Source: Marsupella aquatica | Taxonomy: Eukaryota > Plantae > Marchantiophyta | DNA length: 64,000 nt | Assembly (NCBI GenBank): GCA_973895155.1 | Contig: OZ316893.1 | Coordinates: forward strand, 2,686,430-2,750,429 | Reading direction: 5' to 3' | Part shown: positions 1 through 12,647 of the stretch, one piece after another | Numbering within the stretch: position 1 is the stretch's first letter | How the letters are laid out: each line of letters starts with the position of its first letter | Made by a program: the position numbers and the translations under genes | The notes under the pieces: model-generated | The model's input: only the letters and a program-made list of their open reading frames with translations | Told to the model about the DNA's origin: nothing | Databases searched by the model: none

Positions 1-149
1 CCAGTACAAAGTGAGCTCAATACCGTGAATCAAGTACAGAATTGACGGAGTATAGTAGTAAGAGTCTGACATGCACACTCAGCTACACCACTGACTTTAA
101 GAATGGCTTAGTCATTCGCATGTCGATCAAATACACACAATTCCGCTGT

Positions 150-3100
150 CACTACACTGTCTGTCGTTCATGATTTAATTGCGGGACTCGAAAGCTTTTA
201 GCACAAGGAATTCGACCTGGACCACTCGTGTATAAACACCTTAATTCCCGATTGAAACCGCCCAATTCATCTAATACCATGACATGACCACATGTCCTAC
301 TCGAGCTTGAAGAATGATAGCACAGAGGTAAAAAAATGGGGGAAGAGCACCTACCCGTCTTGCTTCCGAGAAGTATAACGGAACTTTCTGTGTTTCTATC
401 CATAAGATTTGATAATATAGATGACAATAATGAAGCTTCTCAAAACGATGCCGACGGAGGCCAAGGGGTGACGTCCCTGGCCAAAGTGACGTAGGCCAAA
501 GGGTGACGTAAGTCCAATAAGACCCCTTTTTATCACCGCATAATTGATGCACTCGCCTGTCCCAAGTAGATCAAGTGGAAAGTTGCCTGGAAACATCTTG
601 CATAGCTGCGAGGAAAACGTTTTCCCTAGCATTTCGATTGTCCTTAGCCATTCGATGAATGCCACCTACGCCTTTAGAGCTTTTTCACTTCATAAGATAG
701 CTTCCATATTTGTAGGAATCATGAGTTGACGGGATCTCCACCGAAACCTTTTGAACAAACTCTTGTCCAGGAACGAAGGAACAAACCTAGGCAGTTAGAT
801 TGCTTATCCTCTTCTCCCTGACTGTAGAGTAGAAATTTCTAATAACATGAAAAAAGTATGGGCATTCAGGCTTGTTTGACATAATCTTGGTGAAAATGCC
901 CCCTCTCTTGCCCAACTCTAAGCGAGTGGGGTTGGCCCCACCAATTGGACTAGGGACTGGACTCTCATTTCACATGTCCCCGGGGTCTTCACCTTTTTTT
1001 TTTCAATCCATCACGTGTAAATAAGTATAGGGGTTTTTTTATTGGGTTTAGTAAAATATTTTTGAATTTTTGTTGAAGAACATTAAGGTTATTTTAATAC
1101 AATTTTGAGAATAAGAATAATAAGGTTTTTTAAATCAAAATTGGGAATAAAAATTTATTGATTTAAGTTTTAGGGTGTTTATTCTCCCAAAAATTTGTTC
1201 GTGATATGAGACACCCCTTAGATTGAGACCCCGAGCACATGCCACACTGATTAAGGAGGACTTTACAAGACGTGCAGGCACTTATATATACCACACTACC
1301 AAAAAGACAGGAGCGCCAAACTGGGAGATATGGTCCCAAAGGCAAAAAAACCCAATTAGGGGGGATGGAAGCAAAAGACCCCAAGAAGACCAAAGAGGCC
1401 CAAGAAGTCAAGGAGTAACCTAGCAAATTAAACCAAAGCAAACTGGAGGGCCATTGCACACACTAAATATAGTGTCCTAGGGCTAGAAGCATTTTTTGTA
1501 TCCTTTTATTGCCCCCAAGGTCTTGTAAAACCAAGTGCAGCCAATGGTGTCAGATTAATTTACTAAAAGACAGATTGAGGACCCATTCCACATGAATGTC
1601 AGGTAATCTTTGGCTAAAGTCTTTCTAAATGTGAGAAGGGAAGATCTTATGAAGGACTTGTGGGTCCCTTTTAATATAAATGACTTAAAATAGAAATGGA
1701 CCAAGAGGCCAGAACACTAGACCACCAAGAGAGGTGGTCTAAAATCTAGGACAAAAGAGTGCTCCACATAAGCCAAAATTGGGCTGCACTACATTCCATG
1801 TAAGATTAGTAACAGGTTTGGTTGAAAGTGCCCCCAAGGTTTTGTAAAGTGAACAGCAGAAGTTTCTCCCAAATGGATGGCTCTGATCAGATCTTGGAGA
1901 CAAAAGAAAAAGTGGAAACTGCCCCCTACTTCTTGTAAAGCTTTCTTCTCACTTGTGTTTCAATGAACTTCTGTTTTGGCAATAATTTCAAAACAACAAC
2001 ACAATGACAACTATACAGATGTAGCGGGTATGTAGTTACATGTAATGTCCTTCCCAGACTAATCATCATAACTGCGATGGGACTGTAGCTGCCAGTAGTA
2101 TCAGGGTCATGTACTCTGCACAAATAGCCTTTGTAGACTGACCGCCATCATGCTTGTGGAAGTGCCAGTAAATTTGCTACACTGTACACCAGTGACAATA
2201 TAATTATTTAGTGCAACACCAAAATTAAAGTGGCTCGCACTAATGTGTGTGAACGTTTTTTTAAGATGTGAATCACACCAATTAAGTATGATATATCACA
2301 TTATTTACTTTGCATTGAGAGTCCGCTTGAGTCCCTGTTTTATACGTCAATTCTCAGTGTGCAATATTCAAGGCAAACACATCATTCAGTTCTAGTGTGA
2401 CCAAAAGTGTAACTCACTTCTTGTGAACTGTAAATAGTGTGACACCTGAAATAATGTGACTAACACTATTTTGTGTGACACATACAATTTAAATGGGGCC
2501 ATGCGAGGGGCCTGCAATTAGTATGACTAACACTAATTGTGGTGGACAGTGTAGCATTTTGGATTGTGTTTGGTGCATAATGATTTTTTGTTTTGGCATC
2601 CATTATACATTGTGAGCCAATGTGAGGCTTCACTGGTTATTTTTGATATGTGTAGGTGACCAGATTTAATTTGGGCCTAGTACATACCAATGATATAATA
2701 TAGGGGCAAGCTAGAAATTATGGTCAGTTGGTGGTACATTAGTAAAACACTGGATGATAGTATGGCTCTGGCAAGGGAATTAAACCCAATTTGTTCATTT
2801 TGTGGAAGCATAGATGTTTGCAACCTGATAGGTTGCAGTGAATCCCCTCTTTTGGGCCCTCTTTTCCCTCATATAGTATAGATTACACTGAAGGGTACGT
2901 GATATAGCAACTTTTGAAAGAGTAGAATGTGGACCTTTAGAAATTCTTAAATCTCTCAATTCTTGATGATAAGTAGAGATATTAGACTGGTTGGAAAGAT
3001 AGTTCCAACATGCTTCTAATGTGCTCAAGATAGCCCACTCCTTGGATAGAAAGGGAGATATTGAAGGTCAAACTTTTCCGATGAAAACTTATTGGAAATG

Positions 3101-3634
3101 AGAACTATATATGTCAATGAGTGTAGGTGCAAAAACTGTCAGAGTCCATTGGGATTGCAGGGTTCACTGCATGGGAGCATATATCACTTTTGAAGCTGAG
3201 CGGCAAAAAGTATTGTGAGTATTATGCAGTAGAGCTCAAAAAACCACATCACTCTGCGAGGGCCCAAATTATAGTAATTGTTGAGCTGTCTTGGCTGGTT
3301 GAAAATTTTTCTCAAGCTTATCTTTGAAGTTTAATCAAACCATACAAACTGGTTAGAGAAACAGCCAAAAATATCTTATTTGGAGTTACCTATTGCAAAC
3401 TTGGGGAAAGAAAGCCCCCTTACACACAAAGGTTGGTTCTGGAGACTCTAAGGGACTCCTGCACAACCAATCCCATGCTCCTCATAACCATAGTGTAATG
3501 TGATGATCTGACAGGATTAAAAAGGGTTATTTCAATAGGATATGGTGCTTGACACAATCACTTTCAATTCATTAACCAGTTATAGTATTTTCCAATTGGC
3601 TCGGTCATCACGCATTCCCATCACAACTGACATG
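150..3634 (-). mobile_element. Highly decayed L1-type LINE remnants, interrupted by the MITE and another small repeat
   Basis: Fragmentary W/C-rich minus-strand translations resembling the L1 ORF2 C-terminal region; no intact ORF. May continue on the far side of the hAT. Confidence 0.35.
2180..2551. mobile_element. MITE-like non-autonomous TIR element (372 bp)
   Basis: Ends CACTGTACACCA / TGGTGGACAGTG (1 mismatch) with TA on both sides; AT-rich interior with repeated GTGTGAC/GTGACTAACACTA motifs; no ORF. Confidence 0.65.
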
Positions 3635-3759
3635 CATGTGTGCCCGGTTTGATGTGACGGGCAACTTGTCGAGTTGCCCGGCACGTAAACTCGGCATTTG
3701 CCGGCCTGAAATGCTCTCATTTGACGCATATTCGTTTTTATTCCCCGACTCGACTCGAA

Positions 3760-4540
3760 CTTCTCCCGGCCCGGCCCGAACTCCTCCCGGCCTCTTCCCG
3801 GACCCAGCCCGGCCCCCCCCCCCCCCCTCTACCTCTCGTCACCCGGCCCCGGCTTTACGCCCCGGCTTTAAATCCCGGCCCGGCCCGGGTGGAGGGGGCC
3901 CGGGTGGGGGGGGAGGAGGCCCGGGTGGGGGGAGGGAGGAGGCCCGGCCCGGGTGGAGGGGGGCCCGGGTGGGGGGGTGAGGAGGCCCGGGTGGGGGAAG
4001 GGAGGAGGCCCGGCCCGGGTGGGGGGGGTGAGGAGGCCCGGGTGGGGGGGTGAGGAGGCCCGGGTGGGGGAAGGGAGGAGGCCCGGCCCGGGTGGAGGGG
4101 TGAGGGGGCCCGGGTGGGGGGGGGAGGAGACCGGGTCGGGAGGAGGACGAGGCCCGGGTGGGGGGAGGGAGGAGGGCCGGCCCAGGGGGAAGGAGGCCCG
4201 GGTGGGGAGGAGGAGGAGGAGGCCCGGGTGGAGGAGGAGGAGGCCCGGGTGGGGGGAGGGAGGAGGCCTGGCCCGGGTGGAGGGGGGCCCGGGGAGGGGG
4301 GGGGAGGAGGCCGGGTGGGGAGGAGGACGAGGCCCGGGTGGGGGAAGGGAGGAGGGCCGGCCCGGGTGGAGGGAGGCCCGGGGGGGAGCAGGCCCGGGTG
4401 GGGGGGGGGAAGGAGGCCCGGCCAGGGTGGAGGGAGGCCCGGGTGGGGGGGAGGAGGGAGGCCCGGCCCGGGTGAAAGGAGGGGTGAGAGGAGGGAGGAG
4501 GGAGGCCCGGCCTGGGTTAAGGGAAGATAAGCCCGGGTTT
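3760..4540. repeat. Left subterminal GC-rich array of the hAT (GGCCCGGGTGG/GGAGGA units)
   Basis: Many GGCCCGG(G) units separated by G-runs; C-rich at ~3760-3880, G-rich after. Confidence 0.9.
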
Positions 4541-5198
4541 TAGAGTTATGGATAAACTCAATTGAGATAAGCCATATCTGCTAATTTGGGGTTGTGACGA
4601 TTTCTCGCCTATCTAGTATTTCAACCCCGCTAAATATAGAATGTTTTTCCATTCTAAATTGTATAAAACTTTGAGTTTTTCTCATTAGACACACTTCACT
4701 AAAAGTAGAGCACTCTATGTAAAGAGATAGAAAAGACTTTTGTGCGCGCGTGCTTGGAGGTTTTACTCGGCATGTGGTAATACGCATAATAACTTTTTTC
4801 TTATCCCTTAACATTTAGTGGTACTTGTGGGTATTGTGAAACAAATGTTGACAATGTTGACATTCATGTACGCATGTTTGGAGCTAAAGCTTGACATGTG
4901 ATATTTTACATGATTATCACTAATTGTCTCATATGTTTTCACAATGTCGGCAAATGCTCATTAAATTATAGATATCACATACGTCGGATAGGAATGTTAA
5001 CAACCAGAAAACAAAAGAGAACCGCTGTGCGCATGTTTGGAGTTTGACTCGACATGTGATATTTCACAGTAGTTTTTTTTTCTCGTTTTATTGTTGTTAC
5101 TTCAAAAGACTAACAAATAATCATTCAATTTTTATTAAGTGACTATGTTTAGCGACGTATAAGAAGACACTTTGTGTGTAAAGTTCTTGTTTTCGATC

Positions 5199-8053
5199 AT
5201 GTCTTCCGAAGAAGATAAGTCGGGCAACTCATCAGCTCATTCTACTCCTGTTAGGCACGGTGGAAATCACAATCGAGATCGTAGTGCAAAATTTTCTCCA
5301 GTGTGGAAATATTTTGAACGATGTGATACGCCATCAGCGTGTAATGATATTAATCGTATATATCGAAGATGCAAATTTTGCAAGAAATATACAACGCATC
5401 ATGCAACACGAGCAAAAGCACATTTGATGGGAAACATACACAAAGGAGATGCGCCACCTTGCACAGGCTTGTATGAAGTTGTTGACTTAGATAACATCAA
5501 TAGAATGTACAATGTCATAAAGGTTGACCCATCCATAAAGTATAAACGAAGTGATGGAAGTCATGTTTTGTTATCCATGAGAGGTCGTAGGTCATATAAC
5601 CCATCCAATTCGCAAGCATCAACTCGAGACTCAAATTTTGTTGACCTCGATGAGGATGGAAATATGAGTCATCGAAGTAGAGCATCAAATTTTGCAAACC
5701 CAATCATGGATGCTTATCAAATTCCAAATAGAGCTCATTTGGATAAGTTGTGGGCCAAAGCTTTTTATTCAAGTGGTATTCCGTTCAATGTGTCGGAGAA
5801 TTCTTTCTTCCGTGAAGCAGTCACAGAAACCTCGAAAGGGATTGTAAATGGATATTCTCTTTTGGGTATGCGAAATTTGAGAATGAAATTATTGGAGGAG
5901 GCTAGAGTTGATCTTACAAAGGACATGACAAAAACAATGAAGGAGGCAAAACCTTTTGGATATTCCCTTTCATCCGATGGATGGGAAAATATCCGAAGGG
6001 AACCTTTGATGAATGTCATGTTGTTGAGTTCAAAAGGAGATTTCTTTTTGGATAGTTGGAACGCTGCACAAGCCGACAAGAAAGATGGGAAGTATCTTGG
6101 TGACATGTGGTTAAAATACATAGATGATATTGGCGCCGATCACATCATACGAATTGTTACTGATGGGGCGCCTGCAAATCGTGTAGCAGGTGAAGAGATA
6201 GTCATGAAAAAATATCCGCATGTGACATGGAGTTGGTGTGCTGCTCACGTTTTTAATTTGTTGCTAGAAGACATGTGTGGCCACAAGAATGTAGTGCTAG
6301 ATGAGCGGAAAAAAAATCCATTCAAAATGATTTTTAAGCACTTGAGATGGATAGTTAAAGCAGTTACATCATCATAAAAGTTGTCTGCAATATTTGTGAG
6401 GAAATCTGGGGACAGGAAGTTGTTAAATCCAAATGCAACGAGATTTGCAACAAATTTTTTAATGGCGCAGAGAGCATTGGAGCTAAGAGGAGCTTTACAA
6501 CAAATGGTCATTGATGACAAGTGGCAATCCTATCGTGATCGCCTGCCAGTTCGACCAAAGTCACAGGGGCATATGACGAGGGGAAAGGCAGACGAACTTA
6601 AATCGTGGATACAGCAAGATACATTTTGGGCTCAAGTAAAATCTACAATTGCTTTTTTCCTGCCGTTGGTGAAGATGTTGCGAGAATTTGATGGAGTTTC
6701 ACCACAGTCTCCTTGGCTATATTGGAGCTTGAAAAAAGGAATAGCTAAACTGGAGGCGAGCATGGAGGGTTGTACATTAGTAACAGATTACTTAAAACCA
6801 AAGATAATGAAAGTGTATATGGATCGACGAAAATCACTTACTACTGATTTCATGTTAGCAGCAGCATATCTGAATCCTCAATTTTTCTTCGATGAAGATG
6901 AAGATGTGGCAGGAGATGCAAAACTGTATAGAGGCTTCAATGATTACGTTCGTAGATATGCAGAACACAAGGTGAAGGCAGGAATCAACCATGATCGAGA
7001 TGTGACGACACTTATTTCTGACATCCAAATGCAGGCATTTGAGGCTCAAAAAAATTGCCAAATTCATCGGTTGCAATTAGAGGAGCACAATCGAATATTG
7101 GGAAATTAAGTCCAGGAGAGTGGTGGCATTTGTATGGAGCTGATTACGCGGAGCTAAGATTGATGGCGAGAAGAATCACGCATCAACAAATCTGTGCATC
7201 TTCATGCGAACGAAATTGGAATTTGTACGACTTCATCCATTCAAAAAGCCGTAATAGGTTGACCAATGATCGGGCAAAAGACTTGGTTTTTGTATTCACA
7301 AATTCGAGGGTGCAAAAAGGGCTCATGAAGGTGAGAAACCCTCATACGTCTATGTATAGACAATATGAAGAAAGAACAGCAACAAATGATGGCCCGAGGC
7401 CTACTTCCATAGAAGGATGTCACACTGAACAACATGGTGTTACATGTGCGGCTCTTGGAGAGGATGATGTGGAGGATTTTGATACAATTGATGACGTAGA
7501 TGAGGCTTTGCAAGGATTATCATTACACAATGATAGTCACATGTTGACTCGTATTCCACCAGATACTGAAATAAGTGATGTCGGAGAATGGGAAGATGAA
7601 ATGGATTTAATGATGTTCCCTACAATCGATGAGTCTCAAATTCAGGATGACGAGGACTACTCATTTGATGCAAACTTTGTAGTGCCTTCCCAACCAAACC
7701 CATCCTTCACATACCCAACATTGAATGTACAAAATGATGTCCAAGCAAGTACTTCGTACTTATTTCAATGACGAGGTGCTGCATCGGAGCTCTGTCCTGA
7801 GAGAACAACACCAACTTTGTTTGCGCAACCTGATGATGCACAGTGGGGACAATATGCTTCTCCAGCACAAAATATGTATGAAAGGCAGAACATGACAAAT
7901 CCATACACATCAAGCATACATGCCCGTGTTGGGGCATTTCAAGAATATCATAGCGCAGATCCAGTCCAATGGATGACAAGACAATTTCAATTTGATCGAC
8001 AGTTGCAAGAAAATGAGAACAATAACACAAGGTACTTTTTGTCACAACCTTGA
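5199..8053 (+). pseudogene. hAT transposase (BED zinc finger, DUF659/RNase H-like DDE core, C-terminal dimerisation domain), disrupted
   Basis: BED finger SPVWKYF..CKFC..H..C; SSDGW and IVTDGA (catalytic D,D); WCAAHVFNL (CxxH); PNATRF; EWW..CASSCERNW..HSKSRNRL (E, dimerisation domain). Split by TAA at 6375-6377, a frameshift near the A-run at ~7048-7054 and TGA at 7769-7771; the same frame then continues to 8053. Confidence 0.92.
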
Positions 8054-8165
8054 CATCTGTTTAGGTATTACATGCTAGTACTATACGACAAACTATGATA
8101 TACTATGCCGGATTGTGCATGTCCTATGCAATAAAATATGCTATACTAAACATTGAGTGTGCAAT

Positions 8166-10133
8166 CTACTCATTTCGGTTTTCATTGTCTTGCGCTTCTG
8201 CTTTCACCTCTGCCAGTTGCTGACAACGACGATGGCGACGAATAGATCGCTGCATGTTTTGCTCATCTGTTGTTGGTCGATTGGTCATGGTATATTCCTT
8301 CCACTGTTGGAATCTACCGCTGAATAACAAATTGTCAAAGTCACCATCTGACAAGTTGTATTCATTAACTGTGAAGTTGTCAATGGGCCTTGAATCGATC
8401 ATTGCCATTGCAATACTCTCTTGAGTCATGTCTTCAGTGTCTTGCTGTGTCTCCATTGGTGGCATTTGTTTCAACAAACCTCGTTGCTCATACTCTCGTT
8501 CATGAAATGGTTTCCGACACCAACATTTTTGGCTCTTCTTCATCCACCGAAATAAGCAAGCATGATGCCATAAGTGACCGCATGTTCCCAAAATGGAAAC
8601 AGATTCAGGACCTCATGGATACAAGCACCAAATACATCTTCCATCCTTTTCTCGAACAAATTGGGCCATACTTTCATCGGTCTTCCACTTGTCAAAAAAT
8701 TTCTCTACATCTTCTGGATCCTCCTCCACATCCGGAAAAAGATGAGATTCTCCCGTAGGATCAATCATTTGCAAGTTCATATAATTGTAGTTCTTGCATC
8801 TTGATTTTTTCTTGTCTGACTGACCATCCACCTCAGCAGTGTTCATTTGCTCGATCTCCTCTTGCAGATTGCTTATGATCACCTCTTGTGATGCAACCTG
8901 ATTCTTCAAATCCTGAATGACTCTATCTGCCTCTTGAACTTGTTTCATTTGACTACATTGACCATCCTTTTGGGCAAGTTGTTTGTTGAGCTTTGCGATC
9001 TCCTCCATCTTGTCGTACAGTTGCACCTTGTATTCCTTCACCTCCGAAGTAGTTGCACTTTGAATGGGAATTTTTTCCATTGCTTTCATCTTCAAAAGAT
9101 TATCTTGCAACTTTGACTTATAGTAGTCAATGCTGCCAGCTTCACAAAGGTCAAGACAAAACTTTGTGCGAAGATTGTTCTCGATCAAATGACCAATCTC
9201 TGTGCTCAAACTCTTGCACACAATCTCCATGCTCAATGATTCTTTCTTTGGATCCAAAACACCAGTGAACTTTCCTGGTAAATTGTTACTTGTAGATGCT
9301 GCAATGTTTGATGTTTTGTCCACATATTTTGGTGCGCTGAAACTTTCAGATTTAGTGAAGAGTCATTCCAGTGCAGTCGGCTTATCTTTCTGATGTGCAT
9401 GAATGTCTTGCACATCATGTATCTTTCTTTTTGACCCTTTGTTGGTTGCTTGACTCGACATATCTTTTGTAGTATTTTTGTTGTTCTTCAAACCTGCAAT
9501 GTCCAGGACAGACTGATGCACAGAGTGAGTCATCTTGCCCTCTTCTGTTTCCCAACGGTAATCCACCTTCCACTTGAGAACAAATTCAGCAATTAGGAGT
9601 CGAAGAAAAGGAGGATAAACCGAGCTTGTTTTGCCTTGCGCTTTCTTTGGAGCATACTCTCGAAATCTTTGCTGCCAATGCTTGCCAATTTTCACATGTG
9701 TTACCTTGGACATTGTGTACTTCTCTTGCATCCAAGACCTTGTGGCCCATAAATTTTCATCATCAAAAATGATTTTCATCCATTTTTGGAACTCCACACG
9801 TGGCATCAATATCTCCAATTCTTTGGCGTTGATGGGCCATTCATTGTGAGGAGGTTTCACATTTGGCATTGTGATATTCCATTCAACATCCTTGGTGTCC
9901 TCATCCATTTTGGTTATGCTTTGCCCTGCATGATTGCTACTCATTCCAATGTCCTCGTCTATGGGTTGAGAATCTTCTTCAGCGTATTGATCCTGAGACC
10001 AAAGGTGTAAATCCTGAGCAGGTTGCAAATATAAATATGAAATCTTTTTAGATTTTTTCTCCTCGTCGGATTCCAAATCCCATTTTCCCATCCTTGCAGA
10101 TTCTACAATAACAAAAACATTTTTAGCATTCAT
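8166..10133 (-). pseudogene. Cargo gene: unknown N-terminal domain + coiled coil + C-terminal RING-H2-like finger (putative E3 ligase), two in-frame stops
   Basis: ORFs 9363-10133, 8613-9323 and 8166-8591 share one frame, separated by single TGA codons (9363-9365, 8613-8615). Read through, the C-terminus is CIWCLYP*GPESVSILGTCGHLWHHACLFRWMKKSQKCWC (C2..CxHxxHxxC..W..CxC). Heptad-like K/Q/E-rich segment upstream. Likely start is the ATG at 10091. Confidence 0.8.
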
Positions 10134-10275
10134 TCACCATACACCCTTCAAGATAAAATTGATAACAAAATACAATGAAGCAAAATGAGTAATACATTTA
10201 ATTCATATGACATGATTAAATAGACAATAGTTCATGACATCTATCATTGTCATTCACGATGAAACTATGAAATCC

Positions 10276-11934
10276 CTAATCTCTTAGATAAGGACTATTG
10301 TGCTGAACTAATCTACAATCTTGGAATGTTCTCATCATTCTCAAACTCCAATGAACACAATCCATTCTTTTCTTGACATCAATGGCCATCATGTCACGTA
10401 TCATAATATCCAATTTAGGGCCATGCTCTCTAGCATTCCAACCCCTATTCAAATATCGTGTCATTGGGGTCATTCCATCCCAATTTTCTGTGAGTAATGT
10501 CTCAAAGACATTGCCCAAAGCATATACGTCAGTTGCTTGACTGTACTCTGCTGGATCGGAACAAACTAGCTCAGGCGCCAATTGTGGATATTGTTTTTGA
10601 TATGCAATTGCTTTCTCTGTAGGGGTGGGCCACATTCAATTTTGTGGTAATGTGCATTGTGACTTGTGTTTGGACAACCCAAAATCACATATTCCTACAT
10701 AAACTCTAATTGCCAAATCATCATCGTGATCAAAGTGAAGAAGGATGTTTCCAAAATGAAGATCACAATGGAAACGGTCATGTGCATGCAAATATTGCAA
10801 GGTCTCCAATAGAGCCATAGCAATCCCCAAACGATGTTCCAAAAAGAGTTTCTTTTCGGATATGAATGTCACATCAACCTCAGAAGTGGATTGTGTCTTC
10901 CCTTTGCTCTTACTCCATTTCCCACACTTATCTATGAAACTTCCCAAGTCACCTCCATTGTAATGGTCATAGATAAGTTTTGGTGGATCTTCGATAGTCA
11001 TTGCCAAGGCCCCAATTATTCCTTTGTGATTCAAACCTCCCATGAGCACTTCTTGTAAAGCATCTGTTCGTCTCTTGTGTCGGTCTCCATCCTTAAATCG
11101 TTTTGCAACCAGTGTTGCATTTCGAGGAATCAATGGGCAATCCAATATATGACATATGAACACATGTCCTTGGATGCTGCTTCCAATGCGATGCAAATTC
11201 GATACTTGCTCCCTCCTCAAGAAATGAATACTCCTGACCATGGGAACAACTCGTGATGGACGCGTTCCTCTATCTGCAACCTCCACGCCAATCTCTCCAA
11301 ACTGCACGACCTTGCTCGCATATTTAACATTACTCTCCGATTTGGCCATTGCTAACTCTTTGCTCCATTTAGCTAGCAAATCTCTTCTATGTGTGTATAG
11401 CCCAGGAACTCCAAGCATGACGGCCCCAGCCTCATCCAAATTGGATTCCAACTTGTCCCAAAGATTCACCGCAAAATTCAACGCCAAATGTTCAACAAAT
11501 CCACCTGGCTTCTCAAAATCACTTATTAAGGAAGCAATTTCATCTCGGGTCATGTCCTCTTCTTTCTCCGCAGTCTCACGCATGCAACGTCCCATGTCAT
11601 TTAAAAGCTTTTTGTAACCCTCTGCTCCATGCATAGCATATTTCCTCTCAAAGCCATCCTGCTCATACTGTGCTGGCAAAGTGTAGGGATATAGAATCTT
11701 TTTCCAAATCGCAACTAACACATGTTGCCTTCTCTCTTTCAATGCAGCACCAATTGCTCCTCCTCTATGTTTCCGTTTCCCTAAGGTTTTACCATGTTTA
11801 CAAATTTCTAAGGTTTTGTGAGCATTCCTTAGAGCATTGAGAGCATGAGGATCTGGTTGGTATCCCTCGTTTAGCATGGTCTTCATTGCCTCAAAAAGTT
11901 TCATATACTCTACACTCACATTTGCAGCGGCCAT
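10276..11934 (-). pseudogene. Cargo gene: protein kinase (ePK fold) with N-terminal extension, one in-frame stop
   Basis: Subdomains in order: IGSSIQGHV (Gly loop), LVAKRF (Lys), QEV (alphaC Glu), YDHYNGGDL, YLHAHDRFHCDLHFGNILL, ICDFGLS, LAPEL, TDVYALG, DVKKR. ORFs 10636-12042 and 10276-10635 are contiguous in frame across TGA 10636-10638. First ATG at 11934. Confidence 0.88.
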
Positions 11935-12647
11935 GTTCTCAAGTAACCACAACAAGTTGTAGGACAAAGAAAAGGCGCTTACGGAGTGTGTTGGCTGCTT
12001 GCCGAGGGTATGGATGATGCAAGTACAATAAAGCTGGATCAAGAATCCTGAAATATCATTTCACACTTTGTGTTGGTACCAATAATACCCAAGCAATGAA
12101 ATTTTAATATTTGTTCAATTTTTTATTCGTTTGTTTAGTACTTTGAAAGTAACAACGATGAGGGGGAAAGACAACTATGTGAAATACCACATGCCAAGCC
12201 GAAACTCCAAGCATGCGCACAAAAGATGTCTTTTTCATCAAGTTGTTACATTCCTATTCCAATCTATGTGAAACCTATAGTTTAGATGTCATTTGTAAAT
12301 GTTGTGAGAATATTTACAAGGAATCGAGATATCCATGCAGAATACCACATGCCGAGCGGAAACTCCAAGCATGCGTACATGAAAATCTCTATCCTAAAAA
12401 ATACTCCACTCAATTCACAAATCACACTAAACTGTTAAGGCGATATTAGGTTCTCTCATACGAAATACCACATGCCAAGCATAAGCTCCAAGCATGCGCA
12501 TACGTGAGAACACTAATATCCCTCCAAATTAAAACTAAATGTTAAAGTCATACATGACAAAGCATAGCAAAAAAAAAGACCAAAAACAATTCAAAAACGA
12601 ATGAACTAAACTCAAAACAAAGCAAAACATAAGCAAAAGCAAGAAAA

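Noticed and set aside
3635-3642. TSD CATGTGTG resembling the CATGTG core of the internal 45-bp motif
   Set aside because: A 6-bp match at a single insertion is not distinguishable from chance.
3636-4543. Gly/Pro/Arg-rich ORFs
   Set aside because: By-products of the GC-rich subterminal array; open in several frames with no domain.
8166-12042. TGA recoding (Trp/Sec) in the cargo genes
   Set aside because: All three cargo stops are TGA, but the transposase also has a TAA and a frameshift; deamination of CGA/TGG is the simpler explanation.
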